Source: Eukaryota sp. TZLM1-RC (Eukaryota; Protista; Metamonada: BaSk clade). Taken from it: DNA of 64,000 bases. The position numbers and the translations under genes were made by a program. Where the stretch lies: positions 1,612,001 to 1,676,000 of the forward strand of contig JAUPSS010000001.1 in NCBI GenBank assembly GCA_040285825.1. The letters run 5' to 3'. Shown here piece after piece: positions 1-11,138 of this stretch. Below the pieces are notes generated by a model. The model made no database searches. It was not told the origin of the DNA and saw only the letters and a list, made by a program, of their open reading frames with translations. Numbering within the stretch: the first letter of the stretch is position 1; every line of letters starts with the position of its first letter.

Positions 1-149
1 AAATTAACACAGTAAAGTTAATAATTCTAGGATCTGACTGGTACATACCAGCTTCAAGTTTCAGCTGCTTCGATAATTTCAAATTATTGTCTTGAATATA
101 ATTGCAAATAAAGGGCAACTGACTCAACCACATCTAAAAAATAGACTAA

Positions 150-330
150 ACAGTTGGTGAAAGAAAAAATTTCTCCAATATGCAACCAAAGTGAAAACCA
201 CAGTTGCCATTGTAGTATTCCATTTTGCCAATAAACACAGATTGCAAAGTCTTTCTCATTGAATCAAAGTCTCAGAAATCACACATAACATTAATTGATT
301 ACATTTGTATATGAAATAATCAAAAAATGG
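150..330 (-). pseudogene. Possible MULE/Mutator transposase remnant
   Basis: The minus strand reads FFDYFIYKCNQLMLCDF*DFDSMRKTLQSVFIGKMEYYNGNCGFHFGCILEK, which resembles the MULE D...VF...CxFH motif. It is short and contains stops. Confidence 0.25.
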
Positions 331-1151
331 CAGAAAATCGTGAAGTGATTGACTCTTGATTGACTCTTGCAAATTGCATATAAAATGGAAAGGATGGAAT
401 GGTTTTTCAAAAGTCCAAGTTTAAAGTTGACTCACGTCAATTATTCGAGGATTCTAGCACGTCTGTGGACGAACTCACCAAGGATGAAAGTTGTTGGAAT
501 AAGTTGAATGATGCTTGAAGAAAGTATGCATTTCAAATGAAAACCACAAACAATAGTAATTTGTTTGGGTCCCGTCGAAACAGAGAGGGAGAGAGGAAGT
601 GAGAATTGTTGAGATAGCTGAATGGGAAGAGAACAAGAGGTAAATGAAGGAGAAGGAAACTGAAAAAAAACATAGAGTTTAGACGGAGTAACAGCGACAA
701 GAACAGCTAGAGGGTAAATCGAGCTGATGTTGATGACCACTAATAGAGATACAGTGGATAGGCATTTGATGCCATTGTGAAAATTAGCAATCAATTTAAA
801 ATTGCAATCAGCATGTCAGACATCGTGTCAGACAGCGAGATTATCTTGACTATTCCCATTCTTCTAACATCATGCAGCAAAAGAAGAACAAGGATAACGA
901 GGTTACGGACTCAGTTCCCACCTCCTCCTTCAACCTGTTGTTCAAAGAACAGCCGAGTACTTCTTCCCGAACTCTTCAGTCGGGAACAGTCATCCTGTTT
1001 TACAGGAATAAACGGAAGCTAAGAGCCTCGATTTCTTATAGAAATCGTCGTTCTGATTCTTCCGTGGGGGGCAGAGTATTGCACTTTTTTGAGTCATCAT
1101 GTGAGTCATGATTTGGGTGCTGTTGAATCAGCCATGGTGCTAATCACCTTG

Positions 1152-1790
1152 GATATGGGATGCTCTTCTTCTTCGTGTTTTGTTTTGAATTGTTATTTTG
1201 ATGTTATTGAGTTTGTTGTTTTTCATGGTTTAGCTATTTGTACTGTAGATATGGGATGTTGTTCTGGTTTGTGTTTTGTTTTACATTGTTGTTACTTTGA
1301 TGTTTTTGATTTTGTTGATGTTTTTGGTTTAAGTACTTGTACTTTGAATATGGGATGTTTTTCTTGTTTGTGTTTTGTTTTGAATTGTTATTTTGATGTT
1401 ATTGAGTTTGTTGTTTTTAATGGTTTAGCTATTTGTACTGTAGATATGGGATGTTGTTCTGGTTTGTGTTTTGCTTTACATTGTTGTTACTTTGATGTTT
1501 TTGATATTGTTGATGTTTTTGGTTTAACTACTTGTACTTTGAATATTGGATGTTTTTCTTGTTTGTGTTTTGTTTTGAATTGTTGTCTTGATGTTTTTGG
1601 GTTTTTTTTTCGTGGTTTACGTACAAAGTTCTGTAGATGTGGGATGTTTCTTTTGTATATGTTTTGTTTTACATAGTTGTTTTGATGTTTATGAGTTTGT
1701 TCATTTTTGTGGTTTAGATTCTTGCACTTTAGATATGGGATGTTGTGTCTTAAATTGTTATTTTGATAATGTTGAGTTTGATTATTATGT
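1152..1790 (+). repeat. Coding tandem repeat, 7 units of 96/99 bp (195-bp dimer)
   Basis: Unit starts (g/a)atatgggatg-like at 1152, 1248, 1347, 1443, 1542, 1636 and 1732. Units encode (D/N)MGC...CFVL(N/H)C(C)YFDV.....GL..CT(V/L). Confidence 0.9.
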
Positions 1791-1839
1791 TTATTATTTA
1801 TCTTTTCAATCCAGAAGCTGCCAACATCTTCTATCAACA

Positions 1840-1896
1840 AACCCATTTATTGTTGATTTAACAATTGATGGAGATGTTGAAGCAAATCCTGGTCCC
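1840..1896 (+). other. 2A-like (StopGo) peptide ...FIVDLTIDGDVEANPG|P
   Basis: Codons 1873-1896 give DVEANPGP, an exact match to D(V/I)ExNPG|P, preceded by the typical G and a hydrophobic stretch. Confidence 0.8.
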
Positions 1897-2179
1897 AGAA
1901 AGAGAAGATCTAATTTTGAATCAACTCCTCCATCAAAAATTATTAGAAATGCGATTTTTGACCAACAAACATCAATGCGTAAGCTGAAAAAACAACAAAA
2001 TGCACTGAACCGAGAAATTTGTATTGAGAATACAATGTTGAATATTGAGAACAGGCAGATTTTGACAAAAAAACCATTGAAACCGAATAAGGTCAAAAAA
2101 ATTGAGCCAAGACGTAGTGGTTTCAAGCCTGGTCCATTGATTCAATTCAAATCAATGACCTCAAATCAACATCTTCCCA

Positions 2180-2940
2180 TTGTTATGTGCTTTGATCTTG
2201 AAACCTATCAGGATGGTCATCTTTATCAAAATCATGATGTCCAATTTCTCCCTCCTGACGAAATCATCAACAAAAAGAGAAAAGAGGGTGCAAATCTTTT
2301 GAAAAAGAAAACTGATGAGCAAATGGGTGAGTGGATTTCAGATCAAAAAGTGTTTTTAATTTCGATTGTTATTGGTAAGTTTGATCGCCATAATTTCTTT
2401 TTGGAGAGTAAATATTCACTTTTATTGAGAATGAGTCCTTAAATCAGATTACCAGACATTGATATGGATATTCAGGCAGAAATATTCTCTGACGAAAAAA
2501 CCTTGCTTCGTAGATTTATAAACTTTATTGGTTATCATCAACCCCATTGTTTTCTTAATCACAATTTAATGCAGTTTGATTTACAAATTTTAAAAAATAG
2601 ATTAAATTATTTTGATTTAGCATTTGCCACTGTTCGAGATGATTCAAAAATTGATGTACTCAATCAACTTTCACCGACATGGAGAGAAGTTGTCATCAGG
2701 GAAAATGGCTTTTTTCTTTTAGATACTTGGGTTTTTGCCAAAAAATTCATAAAAATACCCTACGGACATGGGTTAGACAATCTGGCATATAAAAGGATAA
2801 ATGAAAAGAAAATCAAACTTCATCAGGAATTTTCCCATATTTTGCCAATTGATTGTTTAGCTACTTCTCCTCTGATACAAAATTCGATTCAATATGGGTT
2901 TCATGATTGTATCCTTTGTCTGAAACTTTTCGTGCTGTTT
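2180..2940 (+). CDS. Family-B DNA polymerase-like 3'-5' proofreading exonuclease domain (DnaQ/DEDDy), no polymerase domain
   Basis: ExoI VMCFDLETY (2182-2208); FSDEKTLLRRFINFI...P..FLNHNLMQFDLQILKNR (ExoII, Asp at 2578); LDTWVFAKK...GLDNLA...EKK; ExoIII YGFHDC (2893-2910). All DEDDy residues are present. Confidence 0.85.
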
Positions 2941-2964
2941 CAGAAAGACAAATTTATTTTATCA

Positions 2965-5190
2965 TCTTATAAAACCATTCGAGCAACCGTCAACTCAATG
3001 GTTAAACATTCGAATGTGATACTCAAATTGAGAGAAACTGCTTTAAAATTTCAACAGTTACGTATTCACACCACATGTTGCTTAAAGCTGTATTTACAGT
3101 CTTGTTTTGAACGTAATTTGTCATTACCACGAATATCTGCCCAATTATATGAATCATTAATGGCCAGAATTCGTTATATTTCAGCTGAGTATTATGGGCA
3201 GGAAATGGTGAAACCCAAGAGTGCATTTCCACAGGATTTTGAAGACTTTGTTTATGGTGAAGGAGATTATAGATTATCGACCACCTTTGAACAACAAAAG
3301 TTGAACAAAACATTGAGTTATGTAGACCATTTGAGATATAGGCCTGAGTTTTTTCCACGATTTCCAACTGATGGCTTCAGTAGAGCACCTCAGTATATGG
3401 CCCCAGTAATGTTTACCAATTTTGAAAACAATTTGAAACTACATTATGAAAAACATATTAATCGATTTATTAATGTTTACTTTGACAAAGTAGATGTGGA
3501 AAATGTGTTATCAGAAATGCACAAGCTGGGTGGATACTCAACGCCATTATCTACTATAATTTCACTATATAGATTTAGGCTTCGTCAATTCAAAAACTTG
3601 TTTTTAGTTGATGATAGAGATTGCTTGAGTTCTTTGTTTCATCAACCTGAAAATATTTCAGACCTTCTGAATGATAAATTTTTCGATTTATGTGAACAAC
3701 ATGATATAAGAAACAATGAACTTAGAGACATATTTGAAGGTCTTATTGAGCCTTTTACTTGCCAAATTGAGAATTTGGTCACTGACGAGAATTTAGTTGA
3801 TAACATATTTCCAGTGGATATACATTTTCTTGCAGACACTGTGGAAACAGATCCTCAAATATTCCTAAAACCAGCAATTACAATTGCCCAATATATCTCC
3901 AGTAGAGAGAAAAATCTTATCATATTTCTCCTGTTTCAACCACTGTAGGCCCTGGATATTTTCCCATTGATACAAGAACACTATGGACAATTATAAGACA
4001 AGCATTGATGGACGATTTATCATCTACACAGACGCTGAAAATGTCCAACACACTAGCCCAAGTTACGAAATTCAAACCACCTCAGCAATTTGACTTTTGG
4101 TCTAATATTCTCGATTTAAATCAACCAATGTTCAAACAGAAGAGCTATAAATTCAACAACATTATACACACAGACGGACTTAATATTGCAGTAGAATTTG
4201 TTCGTCGGGATTTACAAGGTCAGAAATGTAAGCCAGACAACAAGGCTAGTATTTCTGATTTATATATTGATGATATTGATGTTGATGCTTTTCAAGACAA
4301 ACGAATTGTTGTTTGTGATCCTGGAAAACGTGATTTATTGTATTTGGGGAGTAAAAAGACTGATCAAGAACTAGCCATGGTGCCTGAACATGAAACTGAA
4401 CAGCAAAGAAATAGTCGGGTGATGAATCAAGACAAGAAGTACAAATGGTTGAGAATGACTCAGATACTTGTCTTTGAAAAGCAGGATGAATGAAAAACAG
4501 AAACGATGGGCGACAAAGTATACTGAGGTAGGTTACGACAGGAACCAAATGATAGAGTCTAACGAAATGACAATTGAAGATGCAAACACCAAATTATCAG
4601 CATTTGCTGCAAATTCGGCGACTTTTATAGACTTTTCCAACTTTGTGGTTGCCAAACTTCGGCAAGTTTTTGACAATTGACTTTTACAGTCTTGACTTGT
4701 GGAGCATTCATAAAATGCAAGCTTTTATTCACAAGCAAAAGACTGAAAGTTGGTGGTTGAAAAGCCTTGTTCAGAATTTTGGCAACCCAAAAGACACTTT
4801 AATACTAATGGGTGATTATGGCCAAAAAGGTTTTAAAAATTTGAAACATCAGAGACCTACTAGAGGCATTGGATGGACTCAATTTCTGAAAAGAAATGGA
4901 TTTGAAGTATTGATGATTAATGAAGCTTTCACTTCAGCAAAATGTCCTGTTTGTTTTGAAAAGGTTGGTACGTTTTTGAGAGTAACAAATCCCAGATTCT
5001 ATAGAAGAGAAAAGGGTCCAGTTACTACATGTCATGGTTTATTAGCTTGTAATAGTGAGAGTTGCAAACTCAGTAGAAAAGCTCAACAAAGCTGTTCAAT
5101 AGAAATAAGTTGGCTTGTCTGAATATGTTTGCAATTGCTGAAGCTAGAATGAGTGGCAATGAAAGACCTCAGTATCTCTGTAGTAGATAG
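2965..5190 (+). CDS. Fanzor1 (TnpB/IS200-IS605-family RuvC RNA-guided endonuclease) domain, frameshifted
   Basis: Motifs in order: PGYFPIDTRTL (after repair at ~3910), IHTDG, RuvC-I VVCDPGKRDLLY, FY...K...FIHKQK, ILMGDYG, RuvC-II INEAFTSAKCPVC, CHGLLAC..C, RuvC-III LFNRNKLACLNM, C-terminal ERPQYLCSR*. GD(Y/W) plus the ExxTS-Zn arrangement and the RPxYL end fit Fanzor1. Confidence 0.9.
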
Positions 5191-5265
5191 TTTTTGTAAT
5201 TATTCCACACGAAAATATCGTGTATTTATGGGAATTTCCCACAGATGAAGTTTCTTTATGACATT
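5150..5265 (+). ncRNA. Putative Fanzor omegaRNA (scaffold hairpins plus 3' guide)
   Basis: Directly after the Fanzor stop: ACACGA-aaata-TCGTGT (5207-5223) and TGGGA-att-TCCCA (5229-5241); ATTCC 5202-5206 could alternatively pair with GGAAT 5231-5235. The position matches where TnpB/Fanzor omegaRNAs are encoded. Boundaries are guessed. Confidence 0.5.
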
Positions 5266-5297
5266 TCTTTTGAGTCAATAGGAAGAAATCTAAACAA

Positions 5298-6221
5298 ATG
5301 CACCATCATCCTCCACAAATTATACACCCACAACCTCATGCATTCACGGCGGGGGCAAAGCTACCAGGAGCTCAGTTTGTTTCGTTTCACGACCATGGAG
5401 AACAGTTTGCTCTAGCTTCATCTTCTGAAATATCCATTTGTTCTCTTCACACAGGGAAAGTGGAACAATATATATATGCTAAAAGTTCACCCATTAGTGC
5501 AATTGCGTATACACAGCACAGAGATGGATTGCTTTATGGTACTGGTGGTTCATTTGGATCTTCCATAAAGCTTCTGAGTTTGTATGATAATTGTGTCATT
5601 CGGAGCTTTAATCCTGGAACATCAAGTTCCTCTATATCCAGTTTATCGATTCATCCCACAGAAGAAACGTTTGTTACAACCTTTAATGATGGAACCTTTG
5701 CTATATTTGATCCCAAATGTCCTCAGCCTGTGTATAAAGGGATGTTGACTTGTGGACCTGTTTACTTCACCCATGACAAACAAGGATTGGTTGCAGCTGC
5801 TGTACACGGAGAAAATCTGAATCTTTTTGACTCTAGAAACTACAACCACAAGCCTTTTGCTTCATATAAACTTGGGAAAATTGTGAACAGTGTTCTTTTC
5901 AGTCCAGATGGGAAGTTGTTATTGGTTGGAGATGGCTCACAAAACCATTTGATTGTAGACTCATTCAATGGCACAGTTCTCAACTCCCTCTTTGTCAATG
6001 AGTCTTCTCTTACTTCTGCTTCGTGTTTCACACCAACCTCAAGTGGTGTAGTTTTAGGAAGCTCCACTGGTACGTTGAATGTCTTATCACTGCGAGGTCT
6101 TTTGGAATCTTCATTGACCAAGATTCACAATCATGGTATAAGTTGTATTGCTTCTTCCCCATCAATCAATGCATTTGTCAGTGTCGCTGAGGACTGTTCG
6201 ATAATATGGATTCCATCTTAG
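5298..6221 (+). CDS. WD40 repeat protein, WDR82/Swd2-like (COMPASS/CPF subunit family)
   Basis: 307-aa intact ORF. IKLLSLYDNCVIRSF, LFDSRNYNHKPF and FSPDGKLLLV align with WDR82/Swd2 signatures (YLSLHDNKYIRYF, LYDLRSFDKGPF). Confidence 0.75.
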   Translation: MHHHPPQIIHPQPHAFTAGAKLPGAQFVSFHDHGEQFALASSSEISICSLHTGKVEQYIYAKSSPISAIAYTQHRDGLLYGTGGSFGSSIKLLSLYDNCVIRSFNPGTSSSSISSLSIHPTEETFVTTFNDGTFAIFDPKCPQPVYKGMLTCGPVYFTHDKQGLVAAAVHGENLNLFDSRNYNHKPFASYKLGKIVNSVLFSPDGKLLLVGDGSQNHLIVDSFNGTVLNSLFVNESSLTSASCFTPTSSGVVLGSSTGTLNVLSLRGLLESSLTKIHNHGISCIASSPSINAFVSVAEDCSIIWIPS

Positions 6222-6715
6222 TTGTTGATTTTTAATAATCTAGTGTATTTATACGAAGGTTCCAAATTATTTTTTGTGTTATTTGATCAGTTTTTAGATT
6301 TTTATAATGGAGGTTTTTAGTCATTTTTTGATCTTATTTTGTGTCAGTTTTTATTAAATCTTTGTGCTCTTTTGCCTTTATCTCAACTAGCTCAGAGAAG
6401 TGACAGTGAGGAAGTTAGCAAATCAGGTAGAAACATTAGATTAGGCAGAAGAAATTCAATGAATGTAGGTTTCAGATCTATTATGCTATGTGCTTAAGTC
6501 GAATAAGTAACAAAGTGCTCATGTCAGATCTTCACCCACTTGGAATTGTTTCATATCATCAGAGAGTGGTACACTGGATGATCAAAGTGTAAAGCTGACA
6601 TGTCATGAGTTGTATAATCGGTCAAAAATCAAAAATATCTACTGAAGCCAACAGAAAAATGTCTCAGTTATTTGTTTGGTAAAGTTTGTACATCATCACT
6701 CCACTCACTTGAGAA

Positions 6716-7751
<1,036 letters not shown>

Positions 7752-7929
7752 TTTTTTGTTTACAGTAAAGATGTTGATTAGGTGTTTAGTTGTTAATAAA
7801 TAGTTCAAATTCAATTCTATTATTGATGAATTATGAAGTGATTTGTTCTTTTGTTAGTTTGTTGTATTAGTATTACAATACAAAATTTATTGGATGTAGA
7901 TTCAGGATTGTTGAAAAGTCATTCATTTT

Positions 7930-9129
7930 CCGCAGCAAATTTTGAAAGCGTTGGATTTACAAAATCTTCTATTTTGTGCAATCAGGTTTTTTGAGTGAAG
8001 GGAAATATTTTATTTATGAATAATTTCGTAAATTTCCTGAAGATTCTCATGTGTTAAATCCAAATACCAGTCCATATTTGAATGAATTATCTTCTGAGCT
8101 CGAAAATTTGCCACCACACATCTGGCCGAAATGTTTTCCTCAATCAATTCAAGAAATTCCGGACTGATCTCTTCTTAATTTACGGTTTCGCTGTGAAAAA
8201 CTTCAAAAATTGCCAAAGATTTTTTGAAAACTTGGATTTTGATGTTAGACTTGGCTTGGCCAAGAAAAAGAAACCGGCTTTTGCAAATCTTTTACAAAAT
8301 ATGTGTGATAGTACATCTTCTGCTTTAGTAACAGCCATTCCTCAAGTTTATGGCGCTCTCTTACTGATTCTGCCCGTATTTTGAATATGAAATTTCGTTC
8401 CTTTATCTGGCCTGATAATTTACCTCATAATTTAATTTGTAAATGTTCTCGAGAAATTACAGCTACTCATTTGTTAAATTGTAAACATTTTATTACTTTT
8501 AGAAGCAAGGTTCACAATGCTGTAAGAGACCATTATATTGTATGTGTAAGTCTCAAAAAATTGAATCTTTTTTGGAACCCCTGTTATCAAATCTGTTTGA
8601 TGTTGAAGATGATTTTCATAAGAATAATAGAGGTGATGTCATATGACCTGGATTAGATGGAAGCTTTATTTGTTTGGATGTAATGTCTGTTGATCCTTGT
8701 AATGCCTCAAATGAAAGGCTTGTTAATTCTGAAATTCATAATCCCCTTTCAAATGCTGAAAATTTTAAATTCAAAAAATACAATGAACCTTTGTCCAAAT
8801 TGGCCAGTCTACAGCATGCAAAATACAATTTGTATCCATTTGTATTTTACCTTTTTGGTTCACTTGCACCAACTGCTTTACGTTTTTTGGATGATTTTGA
8901 AATGATTGTAAAGAGAAGAACTGGCAGAAATTTCAACAGATTGTTTTGGCAAAATAGAATTGTGTTTTCTATTTTTAAGGGGATGTTGAAGATGGTTTCT
9001 GATGCTTTGCTTTCTCTTGGATCTCACTATGAGAGAGTTGCATCTAGTGTTTTTGTTTTGGGAGAGATGGATTTTTTAGATGTTGATTTATAGGTTTAGA
9101 ATAAAATTAAATTTTTAAATAAAAAAAAA
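7930..9129 (+). mobile_element. Family A 3' part, degenerate (older) copy with A tail
   Basis: Diverged, frameshifted match to family A; ends MDFLDVDL* at 9093, tail to 9129. Confidence 0.85.
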
Positions 9130-9416
9130 CAATCATCAATTACATTTAACATAAATTTTGCTTGAAATGATTCGAAATTCCAGATACAACTTTGAAGGGA
9201 AAAAAAGGTTTGCGCTTGAATGGTTATATTCATATAGAGCAGTAGCAAAATGTTCAGTTAACTTTAAAATATACCTATCAATTTACTTGAATTTGACTGT
9301 TTAGTTTTACTACTTTACCATTATTTATTGTTAATTGTACTCTACATTTCTTGACTGTATCTCTTCTTCGTTGAATATTATATGTTTTTAAAATTCAAAA
9401 TAATTATTTACGATTC

Positions 9417-10943
9417 TTTTTTTTTTAACAAAATTTTAATTTTATTCAAAACCTATTAATCAACATCTAAAAAATCCATCTCTCCCAGAACAAAAACACT
9501 AGATGCAACTCTCTCATAGTGAGATCCAAGAGAAAGCAAAGCATCAGAAACCATCTTCAACATCCCCTTAAAAATAGAAAACACAATTCTATTTTGCCAA
9601 AACAATCTGTTGAAATTTCTCCCAGTTCTTCTCTTTACAATCATTTCAAAATCATCCAAAAACGTAAAGCAGTTGGTGCAAGTGAACCAAAAAGGGAAAA
9701 TACAAATGGATACAAATTGTATTTTGCATGCTGTAGACTGGCCAATTTGGACAAAGGTTCATTGTATTTTTTCAATTTAAGATTTTCAGCATTTGAAAGG
9801 GGATTATGAATTTCAGAATTAACTAGCCTTTCATTTGAGGCATTACAAGGATCAACAGACATTACATCCACTAAAATGAAACTTCCATCTAATCCAGGTA
9901 ATATAACATCACCTCTATTATTCTTATGAAAATCATCTTCAGCATCAAACAGATTTGACAACAGAGGTTCCAAGAAGGATTCAATTCTATGAGATTTACA
10001 CATACAATATAGCTGGTCTCTCACAGCATCATGAACCTTGCTTCTAAAAGTAATAAAATGTTTACAATTTAACAAATGAGTAGTTGTAATTTCTCGAGAA
10101 CATTTACAAATTAAATTATGAGGTAAATTATCAGGCCAGATAAAGGAACGAAATCTCATATTCAGAGTCCAAGCAGAATCGGATAAGAGAGTACCATAAA
10201 CTTGTGGAATTGTTGTTACTAAGGCAGAAGAAGTACTGTCACGCATATCTTGTAAAAGATTTGCAAAAGCGGGATTCTTTTTCTTGGCCAAGCCAAGTCT
10301 AACATCAAAATCCAAGCTTTCAAAAATCTTTGACAATTTTTGTTGAAGCTTTTTACAGCAAAACTGTAAATTAAAAAGAGATCGGTTTGGAATTTCTTGA
10401 ATTGATTGAGGAAAACATTTGGTCCAAATTTGTGGCGGCAATTTTTCAAGTTCACAAGATAACTCATACAAATAAGAACTGCAATTGGGAACTAACAGAT
10501 GAGAATCATCAGGAAATCTACGAGAAAATTCATAAATAAAATTTTTGCCACCACCCAAGAATGCTGATTGACACAAAATTGAAGACTTAGTAAATCCAAT
10601 ACCACCCAAATTTGCTGAAGAAAATAAATGGCTTTTCAACATTCCTGGTTCTACATCCAATAAATCAGCAAAAAATTCTGTTCTCAATGAATTAAAAGAA
10701 CGACAAAAATCTAATGCTATGGAAGGAGCACAAGATCTCAAAATGTGGGTTATTCTCCCAGTGTAGCAAATTTTGAGCATGAAAAATTTAATATGTTTTT
10801 CTATATCTAAAGAAGAAATTGAATCAAGTTCAATTTTCATTTTTTCCAAAACAACTTGTAATTCATTCTGAATTTGAGGCACGTTTCCTAACCAACAACC
10901 AAGGAACTTAAAAGCATCACTACTATAATTAGTAAAAGGGACA
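9417..10943 (-). mobile_element. Family A 5'-truncated copy
   Basis: ORFs 9641-11041 (element part) and 9456-9659; T-run tail at 9417-9426. Confidence 0.9.
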
Positions 10944-10986
10944 AATTTACGATTCTGACGCGAAATCAGATTTAAATCTTCTAGAA

Positions 10987-11138
10987 AACGCTGATCATCA
11001 TTGATAGTTATGTTGACTGTTCTAGTTCCAGCACTTATCATGTTTGTTTTTAATTCTTAAGAATAAACGCTGATCATCATTGATAGTTATGTTGACTGTT
11101 CTAGTTCCAGCACTTATCATGTTTGTTTTTAATTCTTC
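10987..11138. repeat. Near-tandem direct duplication (~73 bp, period 79) in non-retroelement spacer
   Basis: aaacgctgatcatcattgatag...tttttaattctt occurs twice. Confidence 0.9.

Larger units (their letters stand above)
1135..5190 (+). pseudogene. Composite ORF (~1350 aa when repaired): Cys-rich repeats - 2A-like peptide - PolB-type DEDDy exonuclease - Fanzor1 nuclease; interrupted by about 5 frameshifts and one in-frame TAA
   Basis: ORFs 1089-1676, 1588-2442, 2464-3948, 4005-4493, 4468-4680, 4643-5122 and a final frame ending at TAG 5188-5190 join into one protein. Shifts fall at ~1605 (T-run), ~3910 (A-run), ~4460-4490, ~4670 and ~5085. ORFs 1588-2442 and 2464-3948 are in the same frame, separated by TAA 2440-2442. 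The start codon is uncertain. Confidence 0.7.

Noticed and set aside
441-1111. Short ORFs 441-794, 777-1022 and 872-1111 as genes
   Set aside because: No recognisable domain, overlapping and compositionally biased.
1152-1790. CRISPR-like array next to an RNA-guided nuclease
   Set aside because: Units are similar along their whole length, with no constant repeat plus unique spacer pattern, and they preserve a reading frame.
2440-2442. Reassigned TAA (non-standard genetic code)
   Set aside because: GAPDH, the WD40 gene and the long RT ORFs have no systematic in-frame TAA/TAG; one instance is better explained by an intron or a mutation.
2180-3948. Complete DNA polymerase B (Polinton or viral)
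   Set aside because: No polymerase motifs (DxxSLYPS, KxxxNSxYG, YGDTDS) follow the exonuclease; the sequence continues into Fanzor.
345-5282. Terminal inverted repeat attgactc / gagtcaat bounding the Fanzor element
   Set aside because: Only 8 bp; TGACTC/GAGTCA recurs elsewhere (120, 428, 1090, 1103, 11574, 11592) and no TSD was found.
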